Source of the DNA: Emcibacteraceae bacterium
Lineage (GTDB): Bacteria > Pseudomonadota > Alphaproteobacteria > Sphingomonadales > Emcibacteraceae
Length of the DNA stretch: 64,000 nt
Direction: 5' to 3'
NCBI GenBank assembly: GCA_016744185.1
Contig: JADGEY010000003.1
Location: 169-64,168 of the forward strand
Part shown: in pieces, positions 31,880 to 41,308 of the stretch
Position numbering within the stretch: position 1 is the stretch's first letter
Layout: the number at the start of each line of letters is the position of its first letter
The notes under the pieces: model-generated
Told to the model about the DNA's origin: nothing
The model's input: only the letters and a program-made list of their open reading frames with translations
Databases searched by the model: none
Program-made: the position numbers and the translations under genes

Positions 31880-32515
31880 TTATTTGTTTTTTCGAAAAAA
31901 CTCATGTGTTTTTCGAACTTCTGTTGCCGAAATTGGATTATCTGTCCCCAGGCAGAAAACCCAAACAGGCGGTGATAATTTAGCAATTTCAGCGGCTCTG
32001 TTCTCTTCAATTTCATAGGCCCGAAGAGAGCATGCCGCTTTGCTTGATAATTTTGCAGTAGAATACAACGGACGATCAAAAACTGCAATGGGAAGATGAT
32101 TTGAAATTTCTTTCCAGTCTCGCCATTGGTCAAATTCTTCTAAATTATCCGCTCCCATAAGCCAGACAAAATGACTTTTAGGATATAAAGAAGTGATTTT
32201 TTTAATCGTATCGACCGTGTAACGAGTTTGGATTTTTGCTTCTATATCTGTTACAAAAATTTGGGCGTGAGAGGATTTTTCTTTCGCCCATTCAAGACGT
32301 TTGTCAAGAGGAGCAATCGTGCCTGAATCTTTCAAAGGATTCTGGGGCGAAACTACCCACCAAATATAATCCAGTTTAAGCTTTTCAAGCGCCGCTAGCG
32401 AGATTTCCACATGGGCATCATGGGCAGGGTTAAATGATCCGCCGAGCAGACCAATTTTCTTGCCCGCCCAAAAATTTGGCTCAAGATTTCCTTCAAAGCG
32501 GTCTGATCTGTCCAT
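31880..32515 (-). CDS. nadD: nicotinate-nucleotide adenylyltransferase
   Basis: GLLGGSFNPAHDAH (HxGH-type) motif. 211 aa. Overlaps the proA end by 23 nt. Confidence 0.88.
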   Translation of the reverse strand: MDRSDRFEGNLEPNFWAGKKIGLLGGSFNPAHDAHVEISLAALEKLKLDYIWWVVSPQNPLKDSGTIAPLDKRLEWAKEKSSHAQIFVTDIEAKIQTRYTVDTIKKITSLYPKSHFVWLMGADNLEEFDQWRDWKEISNHLPIAVFDRPLYSTAKLSSKAACSLRAYEIEENRAAEIAKLSPPVWVFCLGTDNPISATEVRKTHEFFRKNK

Positions 32516-33758
32516 TGCCTCTCACTTGATATTTATAGCTGGTTAATTGCTCTAATCCCACGGGGCCTCTTGCGTGCATTTTCCCTGTAGAAATTCCGAT
32601 TTCTGCGCCCATACCAAATTCACCGCCATCGGCAAACTGCGTAGAAGCATTATGCATAACAATAGCAGAATCCACTTCATTTAGAAACTTTTCTGCATGC
32701 AGGGGATTTTCGGTAATGATGCAGTCTGTATGATGCGATCCATAGCGGGCAATATGGGCAATAGCCTGCGCAGTATTTTCCACCGTTTTAATAGAAAAAA
32801 CTGCTTCTAAATATTCTGTTTTCCAATCTTCTTCAAAGGCGGGCAGAATTTTTGGGTTTAATTTTTGAACGTCACTATCCCCCCTGATCTCGCAGCCAGA
32901 AGAAATAAGGCGGTCTAAAATAGCAGGCAAATGGCTGCTAAGGGCTGCCCGTTCAACCAGTAAAGTTTCCGCTGCCCCGCAAATTCCTGTACGGCGCATT
33001 TTAGCATTATGGATAATATCGACCGCCTTATCTATAGCGGCGGAGCTTTCGAGATAAATATGACAAATACCGTCAAGATGAGCAATGACAGGGATACGGC
33101 TTTCTTCCTGCACCCGCTTGATTAGCCCCTTGCCGCCTCTTGGGATAATAATATCCACATAATCTTGCAGCTTAAGAAGCTCGCCCACCGCCTCTCTATC
33201 CTGCGTTGGAATAAGCTGTATGGATTCTTTAGGCAGCCCTGCGGCGATTAGACCTTCTACCAGAGCTTTATGCAAAGCCCTAGAGGAGTATTTACTTTCA
33301 CTGCCGCATCTTAAAACCGCTGCGTTCCCTGATTTAAGGCATAAGATGCCAGCATCTGCCGTCACATTCGGGCGGGATTCATATATGATGCCAATAACCC
33401 CAAGAGGGACTCTAATGCGGCTAATATTAAGCTGGTTGGGACGCTGCCACCGATCCATAATATGACCAACAGGGTCATCTAGCTTAGCGATGGCTTCGAT
33501 GCTTGCAGCGATATTTTCGGTGCGAGCATCATCTAATAATAAACGGTCAATCAGAGCAGGGGATAGGCCGCGCTCTTTAGCACGGTCGATATCTTTTTTA
33601 TTAGCGGCTAGGATTTTCTCTTTATGATTACGGATAGCCTGCGCAGCTTTTAGCAGGGCGTGGTTTTTCTGCTCGCAGCTTGCAAGGGCTAATATTTGTG
33701 ATGCAGATTGTGCTTGTGCGCCGATTTCTTGCATCATGGCTTTAATATCTTGTGGCAT
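32493..33758 (-). CDS. proA: glutamate-5-semialdehyde dehydrogenase
   Basis: Full-length ProA-like, 421 aa (RIRVPLGVIGIIYESRPNV, catalytic Cys context GICGAAETLLV). Confidence 0.92.
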   Translation of the reverse strand: MPQDIKAMMQEIGAQAQSASQILALASCEQKNHALLKAAQAIRNHKEKILAANKKDIDRAKERGLSPALIDRLLLDDARTENIAASIEAIAKLDDPVGHIMDRWQRPNQLNISRIRVPLGVIGIIYESRPNVTADAGILCLKSGNAAVLRCGSESKYSSRALHKALVEGLIAAGLPKESIQLIPTQDREAVGELLKLQDYVDIIIPRGGKGLIKRVQEESRIPVIAHLDGICHIYLESSAAIDKAVDIIHNAKMRRTGICGAAETLLVERAALSSHLPAILDRLISSGCEIRGDSDVQKLNPKILPAFEEDWKTEYLEAVFSIKTVENTAQAIAHIARYGSHHTDCIITENPLHAEKFLNEVDSAIVMHNASTQFADGGEFGMGAEIGISTGKMHARGPVGLEQLTSYKYQVRGNGQIRPL

Positions 33759-33767
33759 TATATATTC

Positions 33768-34901
33768 CTATTTCATGACAAGGTCATTTCTGTGGATAAG
33801 CTCATCTGACCCTTCAAATTTTAGTATTTGTAATATTTCAGAGCTTTGCCGCCCTTTTATTTTTTTTGTGTCGATGTGATTGTAAGAGGTTATCCCCCAT
33901 GCGATTATAGTACTGTCAAAAATAACATCAACGGTATCTCCTCGGTCAAACTCTCCATCGGTTTTTAAAACGCCCGCAGGTAAAAGGCTTTTTCCGCCCG
34001 TAAGAGCCTTTACTGCTCCCGCATCAATATGAACCTTTCCAGCGGATTTAAGAGTCCCTGAAATCCATTTCTTTTTTGCCATAACAGGCGTGGCAGATGC
34101 TTTAAACCATGTGCCATGCTCTTGATCTAAATAGCGTGAAATAGGGTTTAATTCAGTACCGTTCAAAATAACCATATGACAGCCCGCTTTAGTCGCAATA
34201 TGAGCCGCCGCAATTTTTGTAACCATACCGCCCGTGCCAATGTCATTATTTGGCTTGCCCGCCATTTTTTCTATTTCAGGCGTAATTTTATCAACAGTTT
34301 CAATAAATTTAGCGTCAGGATTCTCGGTAGGGTTCGTTGTATATAGCCCATCAACATCTGAAAGCAAAAAAAGAATATCTGCGCTGCACATTCCCGCAAC
34401 TCTCGCCGCTAGCCTGTCGTTATCGCCAAATTTCATCTCCCCTGTAGAGACCGTATCATTTTCATTAATCACGGGGACTGCGCCAAGTTTTAACAGGCGT
34501 AAAATGGTGTTCCTTGCATTAAGATAGCGCCGCCTATTTTCTGTATCTTCGAGGGCAAGCAGGATTTGCGCCGCCGCTATATCATGATGCCCAAGATATT
34601 TACGGTAAGAGGCGGCAAGCTCTATCTGTCCCACAGCGGCGCAGGCTTGGCTTATTTCTAGTTTCTTGGAAGAAGGGAGATTTAAAATAACGCGCCCCAA
34701 AGCAATAGAGCCAGAAGAGACAAGAATAACATCTTTTCCCATGGCTTGAAGTTTGGCGATATCATGGGCAAGAGCTGCGAGCCATTTTTCTCGCAGCTGT
34801 CCTTTTGCTCCTTCTTTTTGGTCTGCTTTGGGCAGATCAACCAAAAGAGAAGAGCCAATTTTAATGACAATTCTTTGGCAGTCTATAATGGCTTTATTCA
34901 T
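33768..34901 (-). CDS. proB: glutamate 5-kinase
   Basis: AAK domain (VIKIGSSLL, VPVINENDTV, FGDNDRLAA) plus C-terminal PUA domain. Confidence 0.92.
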   Translation of the reverse strand: MNKAIIDCQRIVIKIGSSLLVDLPKADQKEGAKGQLREKWLAALAHDIAKLQAMGKDVILVSSGSIALGRVILNLPSSKKLEISQACAAVGQIELAASYRKYLGHHDIAAAQILLALEDTENRRRYLNARNTILRLLKLGAVPVINENDTVSTGEMKFGDNDRLAARVAGMCSADILFLLSDVDGLYTTNPTENPDAKFIETVDKITPEIEKMAGKPNNDIGTGGMVTKIAAAHIATKAGCHMVILNGTELNPISRYLDQEHGTWFKASATPVMAKKKWISGTLKSAGKVHIDAGAVKALTGGKSLLPAGVLKTDGEFDRGDTVDVIFDSTIIAWGITSYNHIDTKKIKGRQSSEILQILKFEGSDELIHRNDLVMK

Positions 34902-34948
34902 CTGTGGCTCTTCATGTTTAAGGGTGGCTCTTAAATTTCAGATATCGT

Positions 34949-36034
34949 TTAAAGCGGTGACCAACTTTCTTCTTCTGGAGTCATGCCTGTTTCTTTTTCT
35001 AAAACTTTGGCTATTTGCTTTTCTACTATGATTTTTTCTTGCTCCCGAATATCATCAATATTGCTTAGAAGCTCTCTTAGAATTAAATCAGTGCCTTCGC
35101 CCGTTACGCCCGACATGGGAATAATAGGAGAATCTGTGACGGCTTTTAATTCTTCTGTCAGCATCTGGATCAGCTCATCATCAAGAGCATCGATTTTATT
35201 AAGGGCGATGACTTCTTTTTTGCTCTCCAGCCCTTCGCCGTAGGCCTCTAGTTCTGTGCGAATGGTTTTGTAAGCATCAACCACATCTTCGCCCGTAGCA
35301 TCAATAACATGCAGCATTGTTGCGCAGCGTTCCACATGACCAAGGAAGCGGTCACCAAGACCATGCCCTTCATGCGCCCCTGCGATCAGCCCTGGGATAT
35401 CGGCAATGACAAATTCTCTTCTATCCACATAAACCACGCCGAGCTGCGGTTTGAGCGTGGTGAAAGGATAATCAGCGATTTTAGGTTTTGCCCTAGAGAC
35501 TGCGCTCAGGAATGTTGACTTCCCTGCATTGGGCAGCCCCACAAGACCTGCATCTGCCATAAGTTTTAGGCGAAACCAAACCCACATTTCTTCCGATGCG
35601 CCGCCTGGTGTTGTCTGGCGGGGCGCACGGTTTATGGAAGATTTAAAGGTAGCATTCCCCCGTCCGCCGTTGCCGCCTTCCAGCATCATCACGCTCTGAC
35701 CAGATTGGGTAAGGTCGGCGAGCATAACATTATATTCTTCATCAAAAATTTGCGTACCAATGGGAACTTTTAAAACCACATCTGCGCCCGATGCGCCCGT
35801 GCGGTTCTGCCCCATGCCATGACCGCCTGTTTTGGCTTTAAAATGCTGAGCATAGCGGTAATCAATAAGCGTATTTAGCCCGTCAATGGCTTCTATTAAA
35901 ATATGTCCGCCTCTGCCGCCATTACCGCCGTCAGGCCCGCCAAACTCGACGCATTTTTCACGCCTAAAGCTCATTGACCCTGCGCCGCCTGTACCAGATT
36001 TTATGTATATCTTACATTGATCTAGGAATTTCAT
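34949..36034 (-). CDS. obg: GTPase Obg/CgtA
   Basis: [27 protein letters not shown] Obg fold and G1 motif GLPNAGKST. Confidence 0.93.
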   Translation of the reverse strand: MKFLDQCKIYIKSGTGGAGSMSFRREKCVEFGGPDGGNGGRGGHILIEAIDGLNTLIDYRYAQHFKAKTGGHGMGQNRTGASGADVVLKVPIGTQIFDEEYNVMLADLTQSGQSVMMLEGGNGGRGNATFKSSINRAPRQTTPGGASEEMWVWFRLKLMADAGLVGLPNAGKSTFLSAVSRAKPKIADYPFTTLKPQLGVVYVDRREFVIADIPGLIAGAHEGHGLGDRFLGHVERCATMLHVIDATGEDVVDAYKTIRTELEAYGEGLESKKEVIALNKIDALDDELIQMLTEELKAVTDSPIIPMSGVTGEGTDLILRELLSNIDDIREQEKIIVEKQIAKVLEKETGMTPEEESWSPL

Positions 36035-36164
36035 TGCCTAATATCCGCCATGATGAAAATTACAAATTACCCTGCTGTTATATGTTTGTTATAAAACATA
36101 CCCATAAAAAAGGGAAATGACTTTACTCATCTCCCTCTTTCGAAATATTAAATTTCAGATATCT

Positions 36165-36416
36165 TTAATTTTCAACAGTAATAAAACTACGGTTTTTCTT
36201 ACCTCTAAAGAATCTTACTTTCCCTTCTGTAAGAGAGAATAACGTGTGGTCTTTACCCATTCCAACATTTACGCCCGGATATACTTTCGTGCCGCGCTGT
36301 CTGATGAGGATATTGCCAGGGATAACGGTTTCACCCGCATATTTTTTAACGCCAAGACGACGCCCAGCTGAGTCGCGTCCGTTATTGGTAGAACCACCAG
36401 CTTTTTTATGAGCCAT
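36165..36416 (-). CDS. rpmA: 50S ribosomal protein L27
   Basis: [16 protein letters not shown]... Confidence 0.95.
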   Translation of the reverse strand: MAHKKAGGSTNNGRDSAGRRLGVKKYAGETVIPGNILIRQRGTKVYPGVNVGMGKDHTLFSLTEGKVRFFRGKKNRSFITVEN

Positions 36417-36428
36417 ATCAAATTCTCC

Positions 36429-36899
36429 TTATGATTTCTTTGCCGCAGGGGTTTTCTTTGCTGCTGCTTTTTTAGGAGCTGCCTTTTTAGGAGCTGCTTT
36501 CTTAGGGGCTGCTTTCTTAGGAGCCTCTGTTTTAGCGGCTTCTGCTTTAGGAGCTGCCTTTGCCTTCGGAGCTGCTTTTTTAGCGGCTTCCTTACCGATT
36601 GAAACAACTTTTAACACTGTCTGATGTTGACGGTGACCTGCTGTGCGGCGGTAATTATGACGGCGTTTCTTTTTGAATATGATGATTTTTGCGCTGCGTG
36701 AATGCTCTAGAATTTCAAGAGTTACGCTTTTTCCTGCAACGAAAGGTGATCCGACTTCTACGCCTTTTTCATCACCGATGATAAGAACTGTATCAAGAGT
36801 AACCTTTGTTCCCGCTTCGCCTTCAAGTTTTTCAACTTTAATAATATCGTCTTTGGAAACCTTATATTGTTTCCCACCTGTTTTGATGACTGCAAACAT
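36429..36899 (-). CDS. rplU: 50S ribosomal protein L21 with Lys/Ala/Pro-rich C-terminal extension
   Basis: MFAVIKTGGKQYKV core of about 103 aa, followed by about 50 aa of AAPKKAAPKK-type repeats. Confidence 0.93.
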   Translation of the reverse strand: MFAVIKTGGKQYKVSKDDIIKVEKLEGEAGTKVTLDTVLIIGDEKGVEVGSPFVAGKSVTLEILEHSRSAKIIIFKKKRRHNYRRTAGHRQHQTVLKVVSIGKEAAKKAAPKAKAAPKAEAAKTEAPKKAAPKKAAPKKAAPKKAAAKKTPAAKKS

Positions 36900-37221
36900 T
36901 TCTGTTCCTTATTTTATCTTCTGGCTATAGTAGGCAATGATTAAGTGAAATCATGTTTTATTAAAGGCCTATTTACAGCGAATTGTCATCTTTTATATGA
37001 AGGATTTTAGATAATTTTAGAATCATCATAAAGACCAACAGTAAAAGTGGGCGAAATATAGCGTGAGACAGCGTAAAGTCAAGGAGTTTATTGAAAGATT
37101 CGAGCTCTAAAAACTTCCCTCTAAAAACCATTCAGAAAATATTGATATTAATCAATGTGCCAGAGGCTAAGAGGGTTATTCTTAAACGTAAGATAAACTT
37201 AAAATTAAAGAGGAGGATAAT

Positions 37222-37686
37222 ATGAATAATGTAAAAAATAATCCATGCTATATTGTTGGTTTTGATGGAGAAACCCAGTCTGAAAAAGCATCTGCTCTTG
37301 CGGCGGAAAACTTAAAAAATGGTGGCGGCGGCAAGCTTGTCTTGCTTTATATTGTGGATTGGTCTGATTTTGGCATTTTATCAGTAGAAGAGCTTTCTAT
37401 GCGTCATAAGCAAAAACTAGATGAAATCGAAGAGGCAAAAGACAATATTTTAGCGCCTGAAAGAAACCGCCTTGAAGAGATGTTTAAAGGCGCAAATATT
37501 GAATTTGAGCTTACCGTAAAAATGGGCAGTGCATCAGAAGTTATTTGCGATGTGGCAGCTAAAGAAAATGCGAGTCATATTTTTATTGGGCATAGAACAA
37601 GCGGTATTCTTACAGGATTTGGGCTTGGCTCTGTTGCTTATGGAGTGCTGCAAAAATCAAAAATCCCGGTTACTGTTTTCCCTTAA
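37222..37686 (+). CDS. universal stress protein family
   Basis: USP C-terminal ATP-binding-like pattern IGHRTSGILTGFGLGSVAYGVLQKSKIPVTVFP. GAGGAGG RBS upstream. Confidence 0.75.
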   Translation: MNNVKNNPCYIVGFDGETQSEKASALAAENLKNGGGGKLVLLYIVDWSDFGILSVEELSMRHKQKLDEIEEAKDNILAPERNRLEEMFKGANIEFELTVKMGSASEVICDVAAKENASHIFIGHRTSGILTGFGLGSVAYGVLQKSKIPVTVFP

Positions 37687-37710
37687 ATATGTTACTGTTT
37701 TCCCTTGAAT

Positions 37711-38217
37711 TTAAGCCTTCTTATTGTGTTTTTTCATTTTTTTAATAAGAAGCCCCCGCCGCACGGATGAGACATAATCTAGAAATATAATGCCGTTTAG
37801 GTAATCAATTTCATGCTGAATAACGGTTGCAAAATAGCCATCTGCTTCTAGTATCTTCTTTTCGCCCTCTAAATCAAGATAGCTTATCGTGACTTTAGAG
37901 GGGCGGGTTACTTTTGCGCTGATTCCTCGAAAACAAATAGAAGCCTCGGTAAAGCTCTGGGTCTCATCTGACGTTTTAGTAATGGTGGGATTAATCATTG
38001 CGATGTGAGGGGGCTGATTTTCATCTTGCATATCAATCACAATAATATTTTTCGAAATGCCCACCATATTTGCGCTAATGCCAACCGCTTTTTCATCAAT
38101 GATTGTATCATGAAGATCGCCTGCCAGAGCAACCAATTCAGGCGTGACTTTTTTTTCTAAACTAACTTTTTCAGAAAAAATAGGATCAGGAGCAAAGGTT
38201 AAAGGAAGAATAGTCAT
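37711..38217 (-). CDS. peptide deformylase-like paralog with degenerate active-site motifs
   Basis: Alignable along its whole length to the window's canonical Def. The motifs read GISANMVG (vs GIGLAAVQ), EASIC (vs EGCLS) and HEIDY (vs HEMDH). Confidence 0.75.
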   Translation of the reverse strand: MTILPLTFAPDPIFSEKVSLEKKVTPELVALAGDLHDTIIDEKAVGISANMVGISKNIIVIDMQDENQPPHIAMINPTITKTSDETQSFTEASICFRGISAKVTRPSKVTISYLDLEGEKKILEADGYFATVIQHEIDYLNGIIFLDYVSSVRRGLLIKKMKKHNKKA

Positions 38218-38357
38218 TTTTAAATGCTTTCATCATAGGGAATAATATGGGGCTTTATACCGTGAAATCTGCTTAGAAAGATAGATTAAAATTACTTATT
38301 TTTAATATTTAAGAAAGAGGTAAGGAGGAATATAAACTTAACGTAATGTTTTGTAAA

Positions 38358-38395
38358 AATAACCTAATGTTAAATACTCTTTACATTAGGTTATT
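38358..38395. promoter_or_regulatory. perfect 13-bp inverted repeat, candidate operator
   Basis: AATAACCTAATGT (38358-38370) and ACATTAGGTTATT (38383-38395) separated by 12 nt. Lies about 50-85 nt upstream of the membrane-protein/XRE gene pair. Confidence 0.5.
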
Positions 38396-38442
38396 AATTC
38401 TGTACAAGAAAACCATAAGCGATTCGTAACATTAATTAAGGA

Positions 38443-38907
38443 ATGAAAATGAATTTATCGGCAAGAGAAAGAAATATTTGGATTGATGTCATTACAAGCC
38501 TTATCATTGGGCTGTATTATCTTAAATATTTATTGAAAATAGAAAATTGGTCAGGCATTTGGACAGGTGATATAAAGAGCTTTATTTATGTGGTTGTTGC
38601 TGTTGCGATTGCTTCGTCGGTTTTGAAGTTTGCGGGGATTTCTAAAAAAGACGCTATGGAAGCGGCTGATGAAAGAGATATTTTAATGGCAGCGAAAGCA
38701 GCGGCAGCGGCTTATTATACTCTTATGACGCTCATTATAGCCTTTATAGGGCATTTGGTTTTTGCCCATACTATTTGGCAAATATTTGCTTTTGCAGAAT
38801 TTTTAAATTCCCCTGTTGCTGTGGCACATGTTTTATTGTTAATTGTTATGATTACCTCAATTGTAAAAGGTTTCTCGCAGCTTTATTATTATAAAAGAGG
38901 TCATTAG
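38443..38907 (+). CDS. hypothetical membrane protein (4 TM helices)
   Basis: 154 aa hydrophobic ORF. Its stop lies 2 nt before the XRE regulator start, so co-transcription is likely. Confidence 0.55.
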   Translation: MKMNLSARERNIWIDVITSLIIGLYYLKYLLKIENWSGIWTGDIKSFIYVVVAVAIASSVLKFAGISKKDAMEAADERDILMAAKAAAAAYYTLMTLIIAFIGHLVFAHTIWQIFAFAEFLNSPVAVAHVLLLIVMITSIVKGFSQLYYYKRGH

Positions 38908-38909
38908 AG

Positions 38910-39140
38910 ATGCCTAAAACTTTGAAAAACTCCAAAATTTTGAAAAATAGCATACGGTTAAGGCGGTTTATGGCAGATGAAATGACCCAGTCGGCTCTTG
39001 CCAAATCTGTTGGGGTTACCCGTCAAACCATAGCGGCAATAGAGGCAGGGAAATATTCCCCGTCTCTAGAGCTTGCCTTTAAAATAGCCGATATTTTTGA
39101 GCTGGATTTACAAGTGCTTTTTAGCTATGAGCTGGATTAG
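38910..39140 (+). CDS. XRE-family helix-turn-helix transcriptional regulator
   Basis: HTH_3 signature [40 protein letters not shown]. 76 aa. Confidence 0.85.
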   Translation: MPKTLKNSKILKNSIRLRRFMADEMTQSALAKSVGVTRQTIAAIEAGKYSPSLELAFKIADIFELDLQVLFSYELD

Positions 39141-39141
39141 C

Positions 39142-41241
39142 TTAGAAATTATAATGCACTGAAAGCTTAATGTTTCGGCTAGGCATCGGCAGCAGGTCTT
39201 TTAGAAAAGAGGTATGCTGGCGCATTTCTGCATTAAACAGGTTTGTTGCTTGAAGCCTTATGGTTAAGTCTTTATCTGCGCCGAAAGGACGGTATGCTAT
39301 TTCTGCATTTACTTTTGTATATCCTTCTGTTTTAAGCTCATGCTTTGTTATTTTTGACTGTTGGTCTGTGATTTTAATATCTGTCGCAAGCGTAAAATAT
39401 TCTGTTTCATAATGAAGAGAAATAGCGGCAGATTTAGCAGGAATCCTAGGGATATATTCTCCCGAAGTAAATTTCGCATTCACAAAGTCAGCAAAAGATT
39501 TTAGCGATAACCTATCTAACCCCTCTTGAAATATGACATAATTAAGCTCAATTTCTGCTCCATAAAAACGAGCGTCTTTTTGGCGGTATTCAAAGACTTC
39601 GAGACCATCTTTCTTTTCCCCCGTTTCATGGGAATAAATAAAATCATTAAACCATGTATGATAGAGATTTAGGCTTGTGCTGAAGTCTCCACTTTCTTTT
39701 TTAAAAGTAAGCTCCATGCTTCGGGCGGTCTCTTTACTTAGGTTTTGTGAGCCCAGTTCATAAGAAGCGGTGGCAAAGTGAGGACCATTTGAATATAGCT
39801 CTTCTGTAGTTGGCGCACGTTCTGTATGGCTTAAAGAAAATCCGATGAGGTTGTTTTGCATGGGGTGAAGCGCTGCGCCTGCGGAAAAGCTTAAGTTATT
39901 ATAGGTCAGGGACTTTGCCGCCAGGTCTGAAATGATTTTACTTTTTTGGTAATCATAACGTGCGCCAAATTCTAACGTAGCGACATCAAGAGAAAGCTCT
40001 TCCACAAAAAACATGCCCATCTGGAAATTATTGGTCGGCGGAATAAAAGCTTCTTCTCCCACGGCTGAAAAATCTCGGTCTTTCATCTGAAACCCTGCCG
40101 AGCCATGCCAGTTATTTGTTTCTTTTTGAACCAGTTCTACCCGTGCTTCCCATTCTTTATTTTTAAAATGAGTTGCAACGCCGCCTTCTTCGAGTTCTTT
40201 ATGGTTATAATCAGCAAGACCAAACCTAAATTTTACAGTCTCATAAATTAGAAAACCGGCATTAAGTTCTGCCTTTAAATCAAGGCGTTTTTGGTCAAGT
40301 TTAATGCGGACATTTTCTTCGCCTTCTTCATGTTCTTCTTCCCCTTCATGCTCTTCATGTTCATCTCCGTGACTATGGACAGGAACGCCGTAATGGCTAT
40401 TATTAAAGCTAAGAGATCCCCCAAAAGAAAAAACATCGCTGATATAACTTAGACCTGTTGCAGCGCTGTAATTTTCGACAGAGCTATTTTTAGCCTTGCC
40501 TGTATCTTCTTCCTCTTCTTCATGCTCTTCGCCTTCTGATGCTTTTAAAATCTCTGATTCTGCGGAGCTTGGAATATTAAAATCACCTGCATTACGGTAC
40601 GCCCCATTTAAATGAAAAGCGAAGGTATTACTTAGAGCAAATGTAGCAGCAGCGCCGCCTGAAATATCATTTGCCGCTGTGCCAAATCCAAATCTTGATT
40701 TGAAAGTTAAATCTTCTTCTGGAATTTTGCTTGGAATTCGATCATCAATAACATTGACCACACCGCCAATAGCATTATTACCGTAAATAAGAGTGCTTGC
40801 ACCCCGTAAGATTTCAATTTTTTGAACAGTGAGTATTTCTACAGCCACCGCATGGTCAGGACTTGTATTTCCTGCATCGGCAGTGCCAATACCATTCAGA
40901 AGCATTCGAATGCGCGCCCCGCCCAGCCCTCTTATGATCGGACGGCTTGCCCCTGCGCCAAAAGAGCTTGATGAGACACCAGGAATATGGGACAGAGTTT
41001 CCCCTATAGTTGTTTCAATCATGCGGGCAAGCTCGTCCCCTTTAAGAAGGCTGCTGCCCTGCATAATGTCAAAACGAGCCTTGGCATGAGGCGAACCTGT
41101 AACCATAATTTCTTCTATAGGGTGACCATGGTCATGGGCTTTTTTCTTATCGTCAGTGTTTGCGGCAAAACTACTTGCAAAAAAAGAGGGAGAGAAGAAG
41201 ATAAAAAAGCAGGCGGAGGAGAGGAGTTTAGATTTTTTCAT
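39142..41241 (-). CDS. TonB-dependent outer-membrane receptor with His/Glu-rich loops (ZnuD-like, probable zinc/metal uptake)
   Basis: Signal peptide, plug domain (EEIMVTGSP..., IEILRGASTLIYG) and a C-terminal beta-barrel ending in F. Acidic/His loops EGEEHEEEEED and HSHGDEHEEHEGEEEHEEGEE. Confidence 0.85.
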   Translation of the reverse strand: MKKSKLLSSACFFIFFSPSFFASSFAANTDDKKKAHDHGHPIEEIMVTGSPHAKARFDIMQGSSLLKGDELARMIETTIGETLSHIPGVSSSSFGAGASRPIIRGLGGARIRMLLNGIGTADAGNTSPDHAVAVEILTVQKIEILRGASTLIYGNNAIGGVVNVIDDRIPSKIPEEDLTFKSRFGFGTAANDISGGAAATFALSNTFAFHLNGAYRNAGDFNIPSSAESEILKASEGEEHEEEEEDTGKAKNSSVENYSAATGLSYISDVFSFGGSLSFNNSHYGVPVHSHGDEHEEHEGEEEHEEGEENVRIKLDQKRLDLKAELNAGFLIYETVKFRFGLADYNHKELEEGGVATHFKNKEWEARVELVQKETNNWHGSAGFQMKDRDFSAVGEEAFIPPTNNFQMGMFFVEELSLDVATLEFGARYDYQKSKIISDLAAKSLTYNNLSFSAGAALHPMQNNLIGFSLSHTERAPTTEELYSNGPHFATASYELGSQNLSKETARSMELTFKKESGDFSTSLNLYHTWFNDFIYSHETGEKKDGLEVFEYRQKDARFYGAEIELNYVIFQEGLDRLSLKSFADFVNAKFTSGEYIPRIPAKSAAISLHYETEYFTLATDIKITDQQSKITKHELKTEGYTKVNAEIAYRPFGADKDLTIRLQATNLFNAEMRQHTSFLKDLLPMPSRNIKLSVHYNF

Positions 41242-41293
41242 AAGCTTAAATCAATTCTATAGGCTGGTTTGTTAATGTAAGATTTTTAGTTTA

Positions 41294-41308
41294 TGTTATA
41301 TCATAACT
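41294..41308. promoter_or_regulatory. candidate Zur box
   Basis: TGTTATATCATAACT is a near-palindrome (5 of 6 arm positions) matching the TGTTAT-N3-ATAACA core of proteobacterial Zur operators. Lies 53-67 nt upstream of the receptor ATG. Confidence 0.5.

Noticed and set aside
36269-36607. 112-aa ORF rich in Q/L/K/R spanning rpmA and the rplU tail
   Set aside because: It is an out-of-frame reading of the same Lys/Ala repeat DNA and of rpmA. L27 and L21 account for the sequence.
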